A DNA stretch of 53,930 nucleotides from Armatimonadota bacterium (GCA_039811685.1 JBDHZC010000010.1:1-53930); one strand, 5' to 3'; counted from the stretch's first letter, positions 17,034-27,600 are shown. Notes: generated by a model not told the origin, from the sequence alone. Translations and numbers: made by a program.

Positions 17034-17657
17034 ATGAGTGAGTGGCTGACGACTGAAAAGGCTCAGGAGTATCTGGGACGCGCGGAGGGCATCCCGCACA
17101 GGCAGGAAGGCGAAGCGGTACTTCTGGAGTTTCTTCCTTCGAGCGCCAGGCGCGTTCTGGATCTGGGCTGCGGCGCAGGACGCATGGGCAAGGTTGTGCT
17201 GTCATCTCTACCTGAGATAGAGCTCGTGGGGCTGGATTTTTCTACAGAGATGCTTAAAAAGGCGCAGGAAACCTTCAGAGAAAATCCCGGCGTTCAACTG
17301 ATCCTTCACGATATGAACGACGCGCTGCCGGAGATGGGTCAGTTTGACGTGGTCGTATCGTCCTTCTCAATCCACCACCTGCCGCACGAGCGCACCCGCA
17401 CGCTTTACAGAGAAGTCTATGACATTCTGAATCCGGGAGGAGTGTTTCTGAATCTGGAGCACGTGGCCTCTCCAACGCCTGAGTTGCATCAGCAGTTTTT
17501 GGACAAACTGGGCAAGGCCAAGGACATGACCGATCTCTTGCAGGACGTCGAGACTCAGCTTGGGCTACTGAGACAGACCGGCTTCGAGCAGGTTGACTGC
17601 CACTGGAAGTGGCGCGAGCTGGCGCTGCTTGCCGGCCAACGGAGCAACGCCAGCTAG
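17034..17657 (+). CDS. Class I SAM-dependent methyltransferase
   Basis: VLDLGCGAG, LDFSTEML, FDVVVSSFSIHH, LNPGG. Confidence 0.92.
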   Translation: MSEWLTTEKAQEYLGRAEGIPHRQEGEAVLLEFLPSSARRVLDLGCGAGRMGKVVLSSLPEIELVGLDFSTEMLKKAQETFRENPGVQLILHDMNDALPEMGQFDVVVSSFSIHHLPHERTRTLYREVYDILNPGGVFLNLEHVASPTPELHQQFLDKLGKAKDMTDLLQDVETQLGLLRQTGFEQVDCHWKWRELALLAGQRSNAS

Positions 17658-17666
17658 GAACTTCAG

Positions 17667-18698
17667 CTACGGCAAACGGGAGCGCCGCAGAAAAGCGCCC
17701 GCGAGTCCGGTCAGCCCGACCAAGAGGGCGATTGCGCCTGCAGGCTCGGGAACCACTCCAACAACCCGTCCCTGGGCATTGATACCATAGGCGATGCTAT
17801 AGGTTCCGTAGAGTGTCCCGAGATCATTCACGGTGGCGCCCTGCCAGAGAATCGCATGCGTGACTATTGACGAAGACGCAAGGTAATCCCCTGGGAATAT
17901 CTCCTGCGAGAAGCCGACTATCTGCCCACTGTTGTTGATGGCATAGGCTTTGCTCCACAGTCCATCCATGAAGCTCAGCCTGCGCATACCATTTGCGGAA
18001 TCCCACGAGAAAGCTTCCGGCTTGTTGGACAGAGTGAAGCGGTAGCCGACGACCTGCCCGGAGTCATTGATCGCCTGTGGATAGACGTTGACGCCGAGGT
18101 CCGTCACGACGCCGTTATCCCACACAAATCCGCGCCGGTTTACCACACCAACAACCTGCCCTGCGTTGTTCAGGCCAAAGGCCTGGCTGGCAAGGTCCGC
18201 CGGAAAACCCAGAGAGCTTACGACGCCAGAGTTCCATAGTGACGCGTTCATCACGCCCGCGGTTGTCATGGAGAATCCGGCTGCGACTCCACTGTTGTTG
18301 ACGGCGGTCGCCATCCCCTGCGCTCCTCCCAGTGTGGGGAGTTCCTGACGAACGCCCCCACTCCACAACACGGGCTTTATCAGATCGTGGGTGGTCTTTC
18401 CAAAGCCGGCCACCTGGCCGGTTGCGTTAATGGAAAGAGCCAGAGAGCTGGCATAGCCTGTGGAGTCCAGCAGTGACATGGAGCCACTGTCCCAGACCGC
18501 CGCGAATCCACCCGAGGAGCCCGCAATCTGCGAGTTATCGTTGATGGCTCTGGCTACAGTGTCGAGACCAAGACCGGTAAAGGCCCCGTCCCAGAGAAAG
18601 CCTTCCTCTGCTTGCGCTGAGGGAGCGACAACAGCCAACGCGACGAGCGCAGAAGCGCAAAGACATATCAGAGTCGAGCCAGAGTGGGCGATTTTCAT
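17667..18698 (-). CDS. PEP-CTERM surface protein with HAF-type extracellular repeats
   Basis: Signal peptide; repeated AINDSGQVVG..AF.W...DLGTL units; C-terminal VPEP + TM helix + RRSR. Confidence 0.88.
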   Translation of the reverse strand: MKIAHSGSTLICLCASALVALAVVAPSAQAEEGFLWDGAFTGLGLDTVARAINDNSQIAGSSGGFAAVWDSGSMSLLDSTGYASSLALSINATGQVAGFGKTTHDLIKPVLWSGGVRQELPTLGGAQGMATAVNNSGVAAGFSMTTAGVMNASLWNSGVVSSLGFPADLASQAFGLNNAGQVVGVVNRRGFVWDNGVVTDLGVNVYPQAINDSGQVVGYRFTLSNKPEAFSWDSANGMRRLSFMDGLWSKAYAINNSGQIVGFSQEIFPGDYLASSSIVTHAILWQGATVNDLGTLYGTYSIAYGINAQGRVVGVVPEPAGAIALLVGLTGLAGAFLRRSRLP

Positions 18699-19004
18699 GA
18701 ACTCCTCCATCTGCAACGTGCAGGCTGCCTGTGAGCCTGTTGGAGTGTGCGATTTACGTGCTTCAGCACAAGCTTTGGCGAATTCGCCCGCCTTCTTTAG
18801 TGTGATAGGCTCAGATGAGGGGGCAATGTGAGTGAATTTCGTGCCCAAACTCTCTCGCAAGAGATCGAAGGTGAGGAAGCCGGACGGCACAGACGGGTTT
18901 GGGGCAGGTATCAGGAGTGTGCGCCGCAGTCTGGACGCAGAGCTACGGAGGCGCGTCCGTGTCCTGATGTGGGGCAATCAGACAGCGAGCGAGTTGGAGA
19001 AGGT

Positions 19005-19478
19005 TTAGCGCAGGCTACTGCCGTCTGAGCGCCAGCCGTGGTCCGCCTGCCGCACTAGGCAGACGTATTGGAAAGTCCTGCATGCACCCTCGGGCGTGTC
19101 ACAGGGAACGAAACATGAGGCTGAATACAGACCCGGCGCAACTTCCTCGATATCCCAGCAGTTGTAAGCAGGAAAGCTGACAGAGCGTAGTTCTGGATGG
19201 TTTGCGCGGGCGTAGTCTTGACTGGTTCGCCACACGGCGTAGGTGTGTGCACTCAGCGGCAGAGCGGCGCTGGCTTGTGGCGGCCGAGCCTCGCTCAGAA
19301 TACCAAAGCGCACGGAGAGCAGCAACGCCAGGATGATCATACCGATGACCCACCCGAGAATCTGTCCCGAGCTCAGCTTTCCACGGAACAACAGATGATC
19401 ACTGGCGATCTGAACGCGGCCGTCAGATGTCAACATGACTCTTCGCCGCCTTGTAAGATTGTGCTCTCGCGCTTTCAT
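19005..19478 (-). CDS. Hypothetical single-pass membrane protein
   Basis: 157-aa ORF, one TM helix and a Cys-containing extracytoplasmic domain. Confidence 0.55.
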   Translation of the reverse strand: MKAREHNLTRRRRVMLTSDGRVQIASDHLLFRGKLSSGQILGWVIGMIILALLLSVRFGILSEARPPQASAALPLSAHTYAVWRTSQDYARANHPELRSVSFPAYNCWDIEEVAPGLYSASCFVPCDTPEGACRTFQYVCLVRQADHGWRSDGSSLR

Positions 19479-19598
19479 CTGCCGTTGCCAGCCTGTCTCT
19501 GTCCTCGCCGCATGACCGAATGCTGATTAGACGCTGGTAACAGCGCCAATCTTCACACGATTTCGCGGGTTTTCCGAGGATAGAATTGGGCAGGGCAG

Positions 19599-20786
19599 CT
19601 AGACGGCAGAAGAGAGTTCCTCGCCTTGAGAACTCAGCTGTGTAGTGGCCACGGATGATAGCGGAGACGAAGAGCGCAAACGAGCCAGAATCAACAACTC
19701 TTCAGTGGCGTCTGCGCTGTAAGTGCGCTTCTCGTGATCAGCGTCAGCTCGAAAGCGTTTGAATGGAATACGCGTTACGGAAACTGAATCGCGCCCGGGG
19801 CGTGATTTTGAGGAGACTACTGTTTCCGCTGAATCACTGACGGCTCCAAGCAGTTGGAGAAGCGTCGCTTCGGGAACAAGACCTTCATTGTTGTAGGAGA
19901 ACAGGACATAGTCGGCGCGCGCCTCAGAAAGTAGCGCGGTGAACGCTTTCTGCGCAGTGCTGGCGAGTGAATAGGCGGACCTGTGGCTTTCAGCCGGGCG
20001 CAGTCCAGTCAAGCCACGAGGCTCGAACTCCTCCACGTCCCAGCGCGCCAGTGTCTCGAGAATGTGATAGTTCGCGCTGTACTGGCGGGCGTTGTAGGGC
20101 GGATCAATGTAAATAAGTGTAAACGGCCCGGGCTGTTCTCGTAACAGCGCCAGGCTGTCCTGACAAAAGGCGCGATGGCCCTGGACAGCGGACTCCTGCG
20201 GGCGTAGCGCGACAAGCTGTAGCGGCTTTTCCGCTGTGGCTTTCAGATGTTTGAGATAGGCGCCGTAAACAGAGGCGGTATTTGCCACCCGGTCAGCGCT
20301 CTCGATAACACAGGCGACCAGCCAGAAATACTCTGACTCAGTGATCTGTTCAATACTGCGCCATAGTTCTATGGTGTCTCTAATCTGTTGCAGGCGCAGA
20401 CCGTTTTCCCGGCTGAAGTACTGCCGACCCGCAGATCCTCCTTCACAGTAGTGCTCATAGAACTCACCTTTTCTTCCGGGGAGCGTCTGGAGATACGCAA
20501 GAACAGTCTCACAGCGCGGGTGTCTGTTGACGTCCTGTTGCGTGGGCAATGTGAGTCGCGGGAACTCGGGCAGCCTGTTCTGCTCAATCAGAGCAGCGTT
20601 TGTGACATAGGCGTAGCGCTGCCAGTCGTTAGCCCAGACTGTGTGCCCACGTCTTTTCAGCAGTTTGCCGACAGCTCCAGTGCCAGCAAACAGATCGAGC
20701 GCAATGCCCGAGCGTGGAACGCCGTGCTCATCGAGCACGCGCTCAATCTCCGGGAGAAGACTGTGCTTTGATCCGATATAGTTCAC
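19599..20786 (-). CDS. DNA adenine methyltransferase (D12/FokI-like class)
   Basis: NYIGSK, DLFAGTG, ANTASVYGAYLK, YIDPPYN.RQY..NYH.LET, SYNNEG. Confidence 0.92.
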   Translation of the reverse strand: MNYIGSKHSLLPEIERVLDEHGVPRSGIALDLFAGTGAVGKLLKRRGHTVWANDWQRYAYVTNAALIEQNRLPEFPRLTLPTQQDVNRHPRCETVLAYLQTLPGRKGEFYEHYCEGGSAGRQYFSRENGLRLQQIRDTIELWRSIEQITESEYFWLVACVIESADRVANTASVYGAYLKHLKATAEKPLQLVALRPQESAVQGHRAFCQDSLALLREQPGPFTLIYIDPPYNARQYSANYHILETLARWDVEEFEPRGLTGLRPAESHRSAYSLASTAQKAFTALLSEARADYVLFSYNNEGLVPEATLLQLLGAVSDSAETVVSSKSRPGRDSVSVTRIPFKRFRADADHEKRTYSADATEELLILARLRSSSPLSSVATTQLSSQGEELSSAV

Positions 20787-20823
20787 TGCTACTTGAGAAA
20801 GCTTAGCTCAGACAGAGATCATG

Positions 20824-20853
20824 AAAAAGGCGGGTGGGATCCCTCCCACCCGC
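20824..20853 (-). terminator. Intrinsic terminator downstream of nrdJ
   Basis: Minus strand GCGGGTGGGA-GGGA-TCCCACCCGC followed by CTTTTT. Confidence 0.75.
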
Positions 20854-21062
20854 TGGCCTCGCTTGCGCTGCAGCCCAAGGGCGATCACGCACGGGCGCGT
20901 CACTTCTCGCGCGTGTCCACACCGTCCCTGGCCCCTCGTTTTCTGTTCCAGTCCCCAGAGTCACCCCTGTGGACTTTTGCTCTCAGGAACAAAACCCCTG
21001 AGAGCACTCCTCCAGCGGCAATTTTACCGCCGGAGGCTTGAGCTCGGGCTTCGATTTCGAGC

Positions 21063-23891
21063 TCAGGAACACCCGCTCTGCGTGCCGCAATTCGAGCACT
21101 TGTAGCAGCTTCCGCTGCGGAGCATGATTGCTCCACACTCCGGGCACGGAGGGGCGTCCTGCTGCTGCTGAATTGTCGACAACACACCGCCGTCTCTTGG
21201 AGGCACGGTAGAGGCAGACGTAGGCGTGGTGTCTGTTGTGAGAGCGGGGCGGTTCACAACCCCAAGACTAGACCTGGCTTCCGCCGACAGGAACTTGACA
21301 CCCAGCCAGCGGAAAATATAGTCCACAATGGACTTGGCAATAGGAATTTCCGGATTGTTGGTCATTCCGGCCGGTTCGAATCGCATGTGGCTGAACTTGG
21401 TCACGAGCGTATTCAACGGAACACCATATTGAAGCGACAGGCTCACGGCTGTGGCGAACGAATCCATCAATCCGGAGATTGTGGAGCCCTCCTTGGCCAT
21501 CGTCAGGAAGATCTCTCCTGGTGAGCCATCTTCGTACATCCCGACTGTTATGTAACCTTCGTGCCCCGCCACGTCGAACTTGTGAGTAATAGAGGCTCTT
21601 TCGACCGGAAGACGCCGGCGGTACGGTTTTCGCTCCTCTTTGGACTTTTCGTCCTCTTTGAGCGCCGTGTTCAGCGGCTGAGTGCGTTTGGAGCCGTCCC
21701 GGTAGATGGCAATCGCCTTCAGACCGCCATGCCAGGCTTCGATGTACGCATCTTTGATGTCGCCTGGTGTGGCGTCCTGCGGCATATTGACAGTCTTGGA
21801 GATCGCCCCGGATAGGAAGGGCTGCACCGCCGACATCATCCGGATGTGTCCTCTGTAGTGGATGCTTCGGTTGCCGTTGTAAGGTTTGAATGCGCAGTCA
21901 AATACCGGCAGGTCCTCGTCTTTGAGATAGGGAGCGCCTTCTATAGTGTCATTCGCATCTATGTACTTGACAATCTCCTGAACCTGCTCACCCGCATAAC
22001 CCAGCCTGTTCAGCGCCAGCGGGACTGTGCCGTTGACGATCTTCAGCATCCCGCCGCCCACCAGCTTCTTGTACTTCACCAGGGCGATATCCGGCTCAAT
22101 GCCGGTCGTATCGCAGTCCATCATGAAGGCGATGGTTCCCGTGGGCGCCAGGACCGTCGTCTGAGCGTTGCGGTAGCCAAAGCGACTTCCAAGGTCCACA
22201 GCTTCATCCCAGGAACGGCAGGCGGCTGCGCACAGAGACTCCTGCGTGGTAGAGGTGTCAATTCCATAGGCGGCGTCGCGATGCATCCGCATGACGTTGA
22301 GCATCGGTTCCTGGTTTTTCTCGAAGTAGCGGAACGGGCCAACAGCCGAGGCAATCCGGGCCGACTGCGCGTACGCCTCCGCGCACATCAGAGCCGTAAC
22401 CGCCGCCGCAAAGCCCCGGGCGCGGTCGGAGTCGTAAGGTACGCCGTTTGCCATCAGGAACGCTCCCAGATTGGCATAGCCCAACCCGAGAGGCCGAAAA
22501 TCGTGGGAGTTTATGTCGATCTTCTTGGTGGGATAGCTGGCATTGGAGACGACGAACTCCATAGCGCTGATGGTTATCTGGCAGGCGTGCCGGAAGGCTT
22601 CCACGTCCAACTCACCGCTTTCGGTGCGGAACTTCATCAGGTTCAGACTGGACAGATTGCAGGCGGAGTCGTCCAGGAACATATACTCGCTGCAAGGGTT
22701 GGAAGCATTGATGCGCGCGGTGTTCCTGCAGGTGTGCCAGCGGTTGATGGTGCTGTCAAACTGCATACCTGGATCTCCACAGATCCAGGCCGCGTCAGCA
22801 ATTGCGTCCATCAAGTCTGACGCGTTGTACGTGTTCATTACCCGCCCGTCTGTGACCGCATGCGTCACCCACGGCTTGCTGTCCAGAACACTCTGCATGA
22901 ATTCATCTGTCACCCTCACAGAGTGGTTGGCATTCTGGAACTGCACGGAATCGTATGCGCCGCCGGGAACGTTGAAACCGCCGTCGTATCCCGCGTCAAT
23001 AAGAGCCCAGGCTTTCTTCTCCTCTTCGGCCTTCGACTTGATGAAGTCCATAATATCCGGATGGTCACAGTTGAGGATGACCATCTTGGCCGCCCGCCGT
23101 GTCTTGCCGCCAGATTTGATAACGCCGGCAAACGAGTCGTAGCCACGCATGAAGGAAACCGGCCCGCTGGCTGTTCCTCCACCCGCCAGCAACTCGCGGC
23201 TCGACCGGATCGTGGACAGGTTAGACCCGGCGCCCGATCCCCACTTGAAGAGCATCCCTTCCGTCTTGGCCAGGTCCAGAATGCTGGACATCGTGTCTTC
23301 AACAGAGTTGATGAAGCATGCCGAGCACTGCGGACGCTCTTCAACGCCACAGTTGAACCAGACCGGTGAGTTGAACGCCATCATCTGATGCAACAGCAGA
23401 TGCTTTAATTCATCCCGGAACGCGTCCCGGTCGGCTGGCGAGGCAAAGTAACCGCCCTTCTGCCCCCACTCTGTCATGGTGTTGGCAACGCGCCCGATGA
23501 GCTGACGCACGCTGTGCTCACGCTCTGGAGTGCCTGTCTGCCCGCGAAAATACTTGGAGACTACTACGTTTGTCGCCATCTGGCTCCAGAAGGATGGCGC
23601 CTCAACATTGAGCTGTTCGAAGACCTTCTCACCCTTTTCATTGGTGATTACGGCGCTGCGGGTCTCCCACTCCACCTGGTCAAACGGGTCTTCGCCTTCG
23701 CGGGTGAAAAAGCGCTTGAACCGGACTCCCGCCAGTTCCGCAGAATCGCTGGTGTAACGGGCGACTCCACTCCCGTTGACGAAGTCCTTTGCTTTTCGAT
23801 CTGAAACTTTTTCGGTCATCTTATCATCCGATACCGCGTGCGCATCCGAGCCTCGCTCAGCGTGCGGATCCAGGGAAACGTTCGCATCCAT
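21063..23891 (-). CDS. nrdJ: Vitamin B12-dependent (class II) ribonucleotide reductase
   Basis: FNSPVWFN, QCSACFI, SNPCSEY, LGLGYANLG, LAPTGTI, SGAISKTVN, YRDGSK; C-terminal TSCPD-like domain and CPECG...CSNCG zinc ribbon. Confidence 0.96.
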   Translation of the reverse strand: MDANVSLDPHAERGSDAHAVSDDKMTEKVSDRKAKDFVNGSGVARYTSDSAELAGVRFKRFFTREGEDPFDQVEWETRSAVITNEKGEKVFEQLNVEAPSFWSQMATNVVVSKYFRGQTGTPEREHSVRQLIGRVANTMTEWGQKGGYFASPADRDAFRDELKHLLLHQMMAFNSPVWFNCGVEERPQCSACFINSVEDTMSSILDLAKTEGMLFKWGSGAGSNLSTIRSSRELLAGGGTASGPVSFMRGYDSFAGVIKSGGKTRRAAKMVILNCDHPDIMDFIKSKAEEEKKAWALIDAGYDGGFNVPGGAYDSVQFQNANHSVRVTDEFMQSVLDSKPWVTHAVTDGRVMNTYNASDLMDAIADAAWICGDPGMQFDSTINRWHTCRNTARINASNPCSEYMFLDDSACNLSSLNLMKFRTESGELDVEAFRHACQITISAMEFVVSNASYPTKKIDINSHDFRPLGLGYANLGAFLMANGVPYDSDRARGFAAAVTALMCAEAYAQSARIASAVGPFRYFEKNQEPMLNVMRMHRDAAYGIDTSTTQESLCAAACRSWDEAVDLGSRFGYRNAQTTVLAPTGTIAFMMDCDTTGIEPDIALVKYKKLVGGGMLKIVNGTVPLALNRLGYAGEQVQEIVKYIDANDTIEGAPYLKDEDLPVFDCAFKPYNGNRSIHYRGHIRMMSAVQPFLSGAISKTVNMPQDATPGDIKDAYIEAWHGGLKAIAIYRDGSKRTQPLNTALKEDEKSKEERKPYRRRLPVERASITHKFDVAGHEGYITVGMYEDGSPGEIFLTMAKEGSTISGLMDSFATAVSLSLQYGVPLNTLVTKFSHMRFEPAGMTNNPEIPIAKSIVDYIFRWLGVKFLSAEARSSLGVVNRPALTTDTTPTSASTVPPRDGGVLSTIQQQQDAPPCPECGAIMLRSGSCYKCSNCGTQSGCS

Positions 23892-24119
23892 TCGGACACC
23901 CCCCACTTCTATAAACGTCTTACAAACTTAATTTGCCCACTCTGGCGCACCGGGTATCACCCTTCATCCTGTTGAAGGAGCCGCTAAGGCTTCGGCGAGA
24001 TACACGCGGCTCCTGGATTGGGGCAATGCACTCGTGTCGTTTCTACGGCACAGGCTCTCAAGGCCGCCGCGCAGGCACGTTAAGTCTATAGGACATTGTA
24101 TCTCTCGTCAACTACATTT

Positions 24120-24166
24120 ACGCAATATATTGGGGATTTTTTTTAGCGGACTAGCACATATTGTGA
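24120..24166. promoter_or_regulatory. Tandem NrdR boxes upstream of nrdJ
   Basis: ACGCAATATATTGGGG (24120-24135) and CTAGCACATATTGTGA (24151-24166), 31 bp apart, resembling the acaCwAtATaTwGtgt consensus. Confidence 0.8.
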
Positions 24167-24321
24167 TTGTCTGTCAAAGTTTGTTGAGACAAATATAGTC
24201 TTGACCAGGAAATCGTTGGCGGAGAAACCTGCGGGTGCAGCCAGTGCGCACGGAGGCTCAAGAAGAGGCCGGAAACTAGCGCATGCAGCGCAGCGGATGT
24301 CTAGATCGGTAGAGGTTTGTT

Positions 24322-24363
24322 GAGCCGTCCCGCTACAGCAGAAACATCCGAGCGGGACGGCTC
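24322..24363. terminator. Strong hairpin downstream of the 24412-26109 gene
   Basis: GAGCCGTCCCGCT...AGCGGGACGGCTC 13-bp inverted repeat; no clear U-tract. Confidence 0.45.
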
Positions 24364-24411
24364 GAGACTAAACCACAGCAGAAGACGCTGAAATGACCAG
24401 AAGGTTGAAGG

Positions 24412-26109
24412 CTATTTCCTCCAGACTTCCGGTATGCGCTCCCAGTCTTCCGGTAGGATTGCCTCACCTGTGCCGTCAACACCGGTCAGGAAGTAAAGCG
24501 AGGGCACGCCCAGCTCAGGCTGCACCTGCATATACTCCCTCCACTCTTCAACAGTGGGCATACTTGAGTTGTCGCAGTCAATAAGCCAGTCCGGATTTGC
24601 GATCCGCGCCAGCTTCTGACGGTGCTTCATGATTTTGACAACTCCCCGCTGCAGAGCGCTGATATCGTTGAGGCGCAGCATGTCGGTGACATCGGCAAAA
24701 TAGGGGTTGGCGGCATGCGTGATGATCAGAGCGTCGGGCTTCACCTTCTTCGCTTCGTCGTAAATGATCCAGTGCAGCCTCTTCAGCAGCTCAATTCCCC
24801 AGAGGTCTCCGTGAAGCTGGAAGATGTGGCCGACTGGCATACCGTTTGTCCAGTCCACCTTAAACCCGTCAGCGCCATAACACCCCTGCTCGTCAGACAG
24901 CATTCGGCGTATGGCCGCGCGAAGCCGCGCCTCGTAAGCGGGGTTCGAGGGATCGACACAGACAGGTTCCCCGTCCTTTCGGACACACTCTTCATCTGGA
25001 AGGCCATCGCGCGTCCAGCATCCGAACCAGAGAATGACTTTGCGTCCGATCGCATGCTGGCGATCAATCCATCCGCGCATGTCCGGCCACTTTTCCGGGT
25101 CAGCCTCAAAAGTGGCATAGTGCCGCTGCCACTTGTCGTCTATAACAATCGTCCCAGGATTCAGCCGGCGCTCGTCGAGCATTTGCAGGAATTGATCGTA
25201 GACATCCTGGCGGGCATACAGCGCTCCCGCACCTCCGCGAGCAACCGCGGTCATATTCTGTTGTCCCCAACCGCAGAAAATGGGCCGCTTCCACCAGTCC
25301 GGCTGTTGGCGCACAGGGCGGTGAACAAGCTGATTATCGTATAAGTATTGGCAGCAACTCTTAACAGCATTGTACTCATCGTCCGCTACACAGAAGACGA
25401 TCCGGGGCGAATCCCACCGCCCGGAAACCCGGGTCTGGCCGTCGTACTGCACGCGCAGCTTGAACTGATTTCCAAGCGGCCAATGCTGGAAGTAGGTGAA
25501 GCCGTACTGTCCGGGATCTGGCGCCAGCCCTGCGCCCACCCATGCGCCGTCACTGCGCTGCCAGGCATAGGCCAGTGGCGCCGGAATAAACAACCAGTGA
25601 CTGTTCTCTTCTGGTGAAGTCGGGAAATCTGACGTCGGGCCACTTGTGCCGTCGATGCAGGCGTACTCCCACGACTTGTGATAATGCCTGTCCAGCATAG
25701 AGACTTCGCTGGTGAAAACGGTGTCAAAGCGATAAAGCGCAGCGGGGCCCCACGGGTCCTCTTTGCCCTCGAAGAAGTCCAGTGACTCTATACAACCCTC
25801 GCCCTCCACAGAAACGCGGTAGGCTATCGTGTCTTCAGTGCACTCGAAGGTAAATGTCTTAGATGTCCATCGGCTGCTGCTAGAGGTCCAGACAAGCGAT
25901 ATCGCGTTGTCCTTGTGAGTAATTTCAGGGCCGCGAAGTCCGTGCGAGACATCTTCTTCACCAAGCGGACCAGCCAGTCCAGACACGACCCTCAGATCAG
26001 CGTAGTTGCGGCCGTCAACGTAGAGGCTGGCGGACCTCTCATCTGACAACACCAACATCCATCGCCGCGCTTTTATGGCCGGTTTGCCGAGATACTCAAT
26101 TTGCTGCAT
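24412..26109 (-). CDS. Putative glycoside hydrolase (GH27/31/36 clan-like TIM barrel)
   Basis: FCGWG, IVIDDKWQ, DPEKWPDMR, GADGFKVDW, RLND; start at MQQIEY after an AAGGAG RBS. Confidence 0.75.
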   Translation of the reverse strand: MQQIEYLGKPAIKARRWMLVLSDERSASLYVDGRNYADLRVVSGLAGPLGEEDVSHGLRGPEITHKDNAISLVWTSSSSRWTSKTFTFECTEDTIAYRVSVEGEGCIESLDFFEGKEDPWGPAALYRFDTVFTSEVSMLDRHYHKSWEYACIDGTSGPTSDFPTSPEENSHWLFIPAPLAYAWQRSDGAWVGAGLAPDPGQYGFTYFQHWPLGNQFKLRVQYDGQTRVSGRWDSPRIVFCVADDEYNAVKSCCQYLYDNQLVHRPVRQQPDWWKRPIFCGWGQQNMTAVARGGAGALYARQDVYDQFLQMLDERRLNPGTIVIDDKWQRHYATFEADPEKWPDMRGWIDRQHAIGRKVILWFGCWTRDGLPDEECVRKDGEPVCVDPSNPAYEARLRAAIRRMLSDEQGCYGADGFKVDWTNGMPVGHIFQLHGDLWGIELLKRLHWIIYDEAKKVKPDALIITHAANPYFADVTDMLRLNDISALQRGVVKIMKHRQKLARIANPDWLIDCDNSSMPTVEEWREYMQVQPELGVPSLYFLTGVDGTGEAILPEDWERIPEVWRK

Positions 26110-26266
26110 ATGCGCTCCTTTGATCTTTTTAGTCGAAGCAGTGTGCCATGTCCAAACCTCAGGCTGCACGGTACTTTTGTCCCGTTTTGCAGGGCGATAG
26201 AGATTGCTAGAATAAATACTGAAGAGGTGGGCCAAAGCAAAGCACACTGAAGGAAAAGGGGCAAAT

Positions 26267-27343
26267 ATGTCGGCGATGACGGGACGTGAGCGGATACTTG
26301 CGACGTTGAAGGGCGAACGGCCGGACAAAATCGGGCGCACGGAGAGTCTGTGGTCCGAGACGGTCTGGACATGGCAGAGCCAGGGGCTGCCTGCCGGCGA
26401 TATGGCAGACACCTTCAGTTGGGATTTTGGAGGGTTGCCGGGGCCCGACATGAGCCTGATGCTGCCCCCGGAGATCATCGAAGAAACTTCCACTTATGTG
26501 CATCAGCGCGATACCAACGGCGTGGAGCGCAAAGACTGGAAAATGGAGTCTGGCCATACACCGCACTGGCTGTCTCACACAGTCAACAATGGCGCTGACT
26601 GGCTGGCGTACAGGGACCGTCTGACGCCAGACGCCATCCGTCTCAACCCAACGGCGATGGAAACCTACACACATTTGCGCGACCGGGGGCGATTCATTCA
26701 CTGGACGAGTTGTGAAGCCTATGAGTGCGCGTGGCCGGTGTTCGGCCAGGTGAACATCTTCACTATGATGATGGAAGAGCCCGAGACGCTGGCTGACGTA
26801 TTCACACGCTACACTGATCTGATCATCTCACTGGCGCAGCAGACACTTGACGCTGGCATTGACTTTGACGGGGCGTTCTTCTACGGAGACGTCGGGTATC
26901 GGAACGGCCTGCTCTTCTCCCCAAAGATCTACGACGCTCTGCTCTTCCCGGCGCACCAGAAGATGTGCGCTTTCTTCAATGGACTTGGTAAACCCGTTAT
27001 CCTCCATTCCTGCGGACAGATCAAGTCGTTGATTCCTCGCTTCATTGAAGCCGGGTTTTCCGCTATCCAACCGCTGGAGGCCAAGTGCAATCAGGACATT
27101 CGCGAACTGCGCGAGCTACATGGCAGGCAGATTACTTTCTTCGGAAATATGGACGTGCGGGCGCTGTCGGGAACGCGCGACGACATTCGCGCAGAGGTCA
27201 TGTCAAAGTTGGAAGCAAGCGCTACAGAGGGAAGCTATATCTTCCATTCCGACCACTCCCTGCCACCAACAGTGTCCCTGGAGAACTACAAATTTGCGCT
27301 GGAAGTGCTGGATGAGTTCAACAATCAGCACTTTGGAAATTAG
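26267..27343 (+). CDS. Uroporphyrinogen decarboxylase/MtaA-like family protein
   Basis: MTGRERILATL, YGDVGY..GLLFSP, LHSCG, FFGNMD, YIFHSDHS.P. Confidence 0.85.
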   Translation: MSAMTGRERILATLKGERPDKIGRTESLWSETVWTWQSQGLPAGDMADTFSWDFGGLPGPDMSLMLPPEIIEETSTYVHQRDTNGVERKDWKMESGHTPHWLSHTVNNGADWLAYRDRLTPDAIRLNPTAMETYTHLRDRGRFIHWTSCEAYECAWPVFGQVNIFTMMMEEPETLADVFTRYTDLIISLAQQTLDAGIDFDGAFFYGDVGYRNGLLFSPKIYDALLFPAHQKMCAFFNGLGKPVILHSCGQIKSLIPRFIEAGFSAIQPLEAKCNQDIRELRELHGRQITFFGNMDVRALSGTRDDIRAEVMSKLEASATEGSYIFHSDHSLPPTVSLENYKFALEVLDEFNNQHFGN

Positions 27344-27600
27344 CTGAGCTTCAGTCATTCGAACTCCATACCGCCGTGGACATCCGGAAATCATATTTCG
27401 CCCTTCACACGAGAGCGTGGTATGATTAGGCAGAGGCGGATTGCGGCGGCTCTACGGTGAGAGCGTTTGGCCGCGATACAGGCAGCCCGCGCCCAACGCA
27501 CAGATTTCTGGCCTCTGAGGATACATGTGATGAGACGGGCGGCTGCGTGGCGATGGCCGCTAGCTCCTGCTTATGACCTGTAACGAGGAATATTCCGACC

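Noticed and set aside
21063..23891. Intein or intron in nrdJ
   Set aside because: The ORF is continuous, of ordinary length, and shows no splice-junction or homing-endonuclease motifs.
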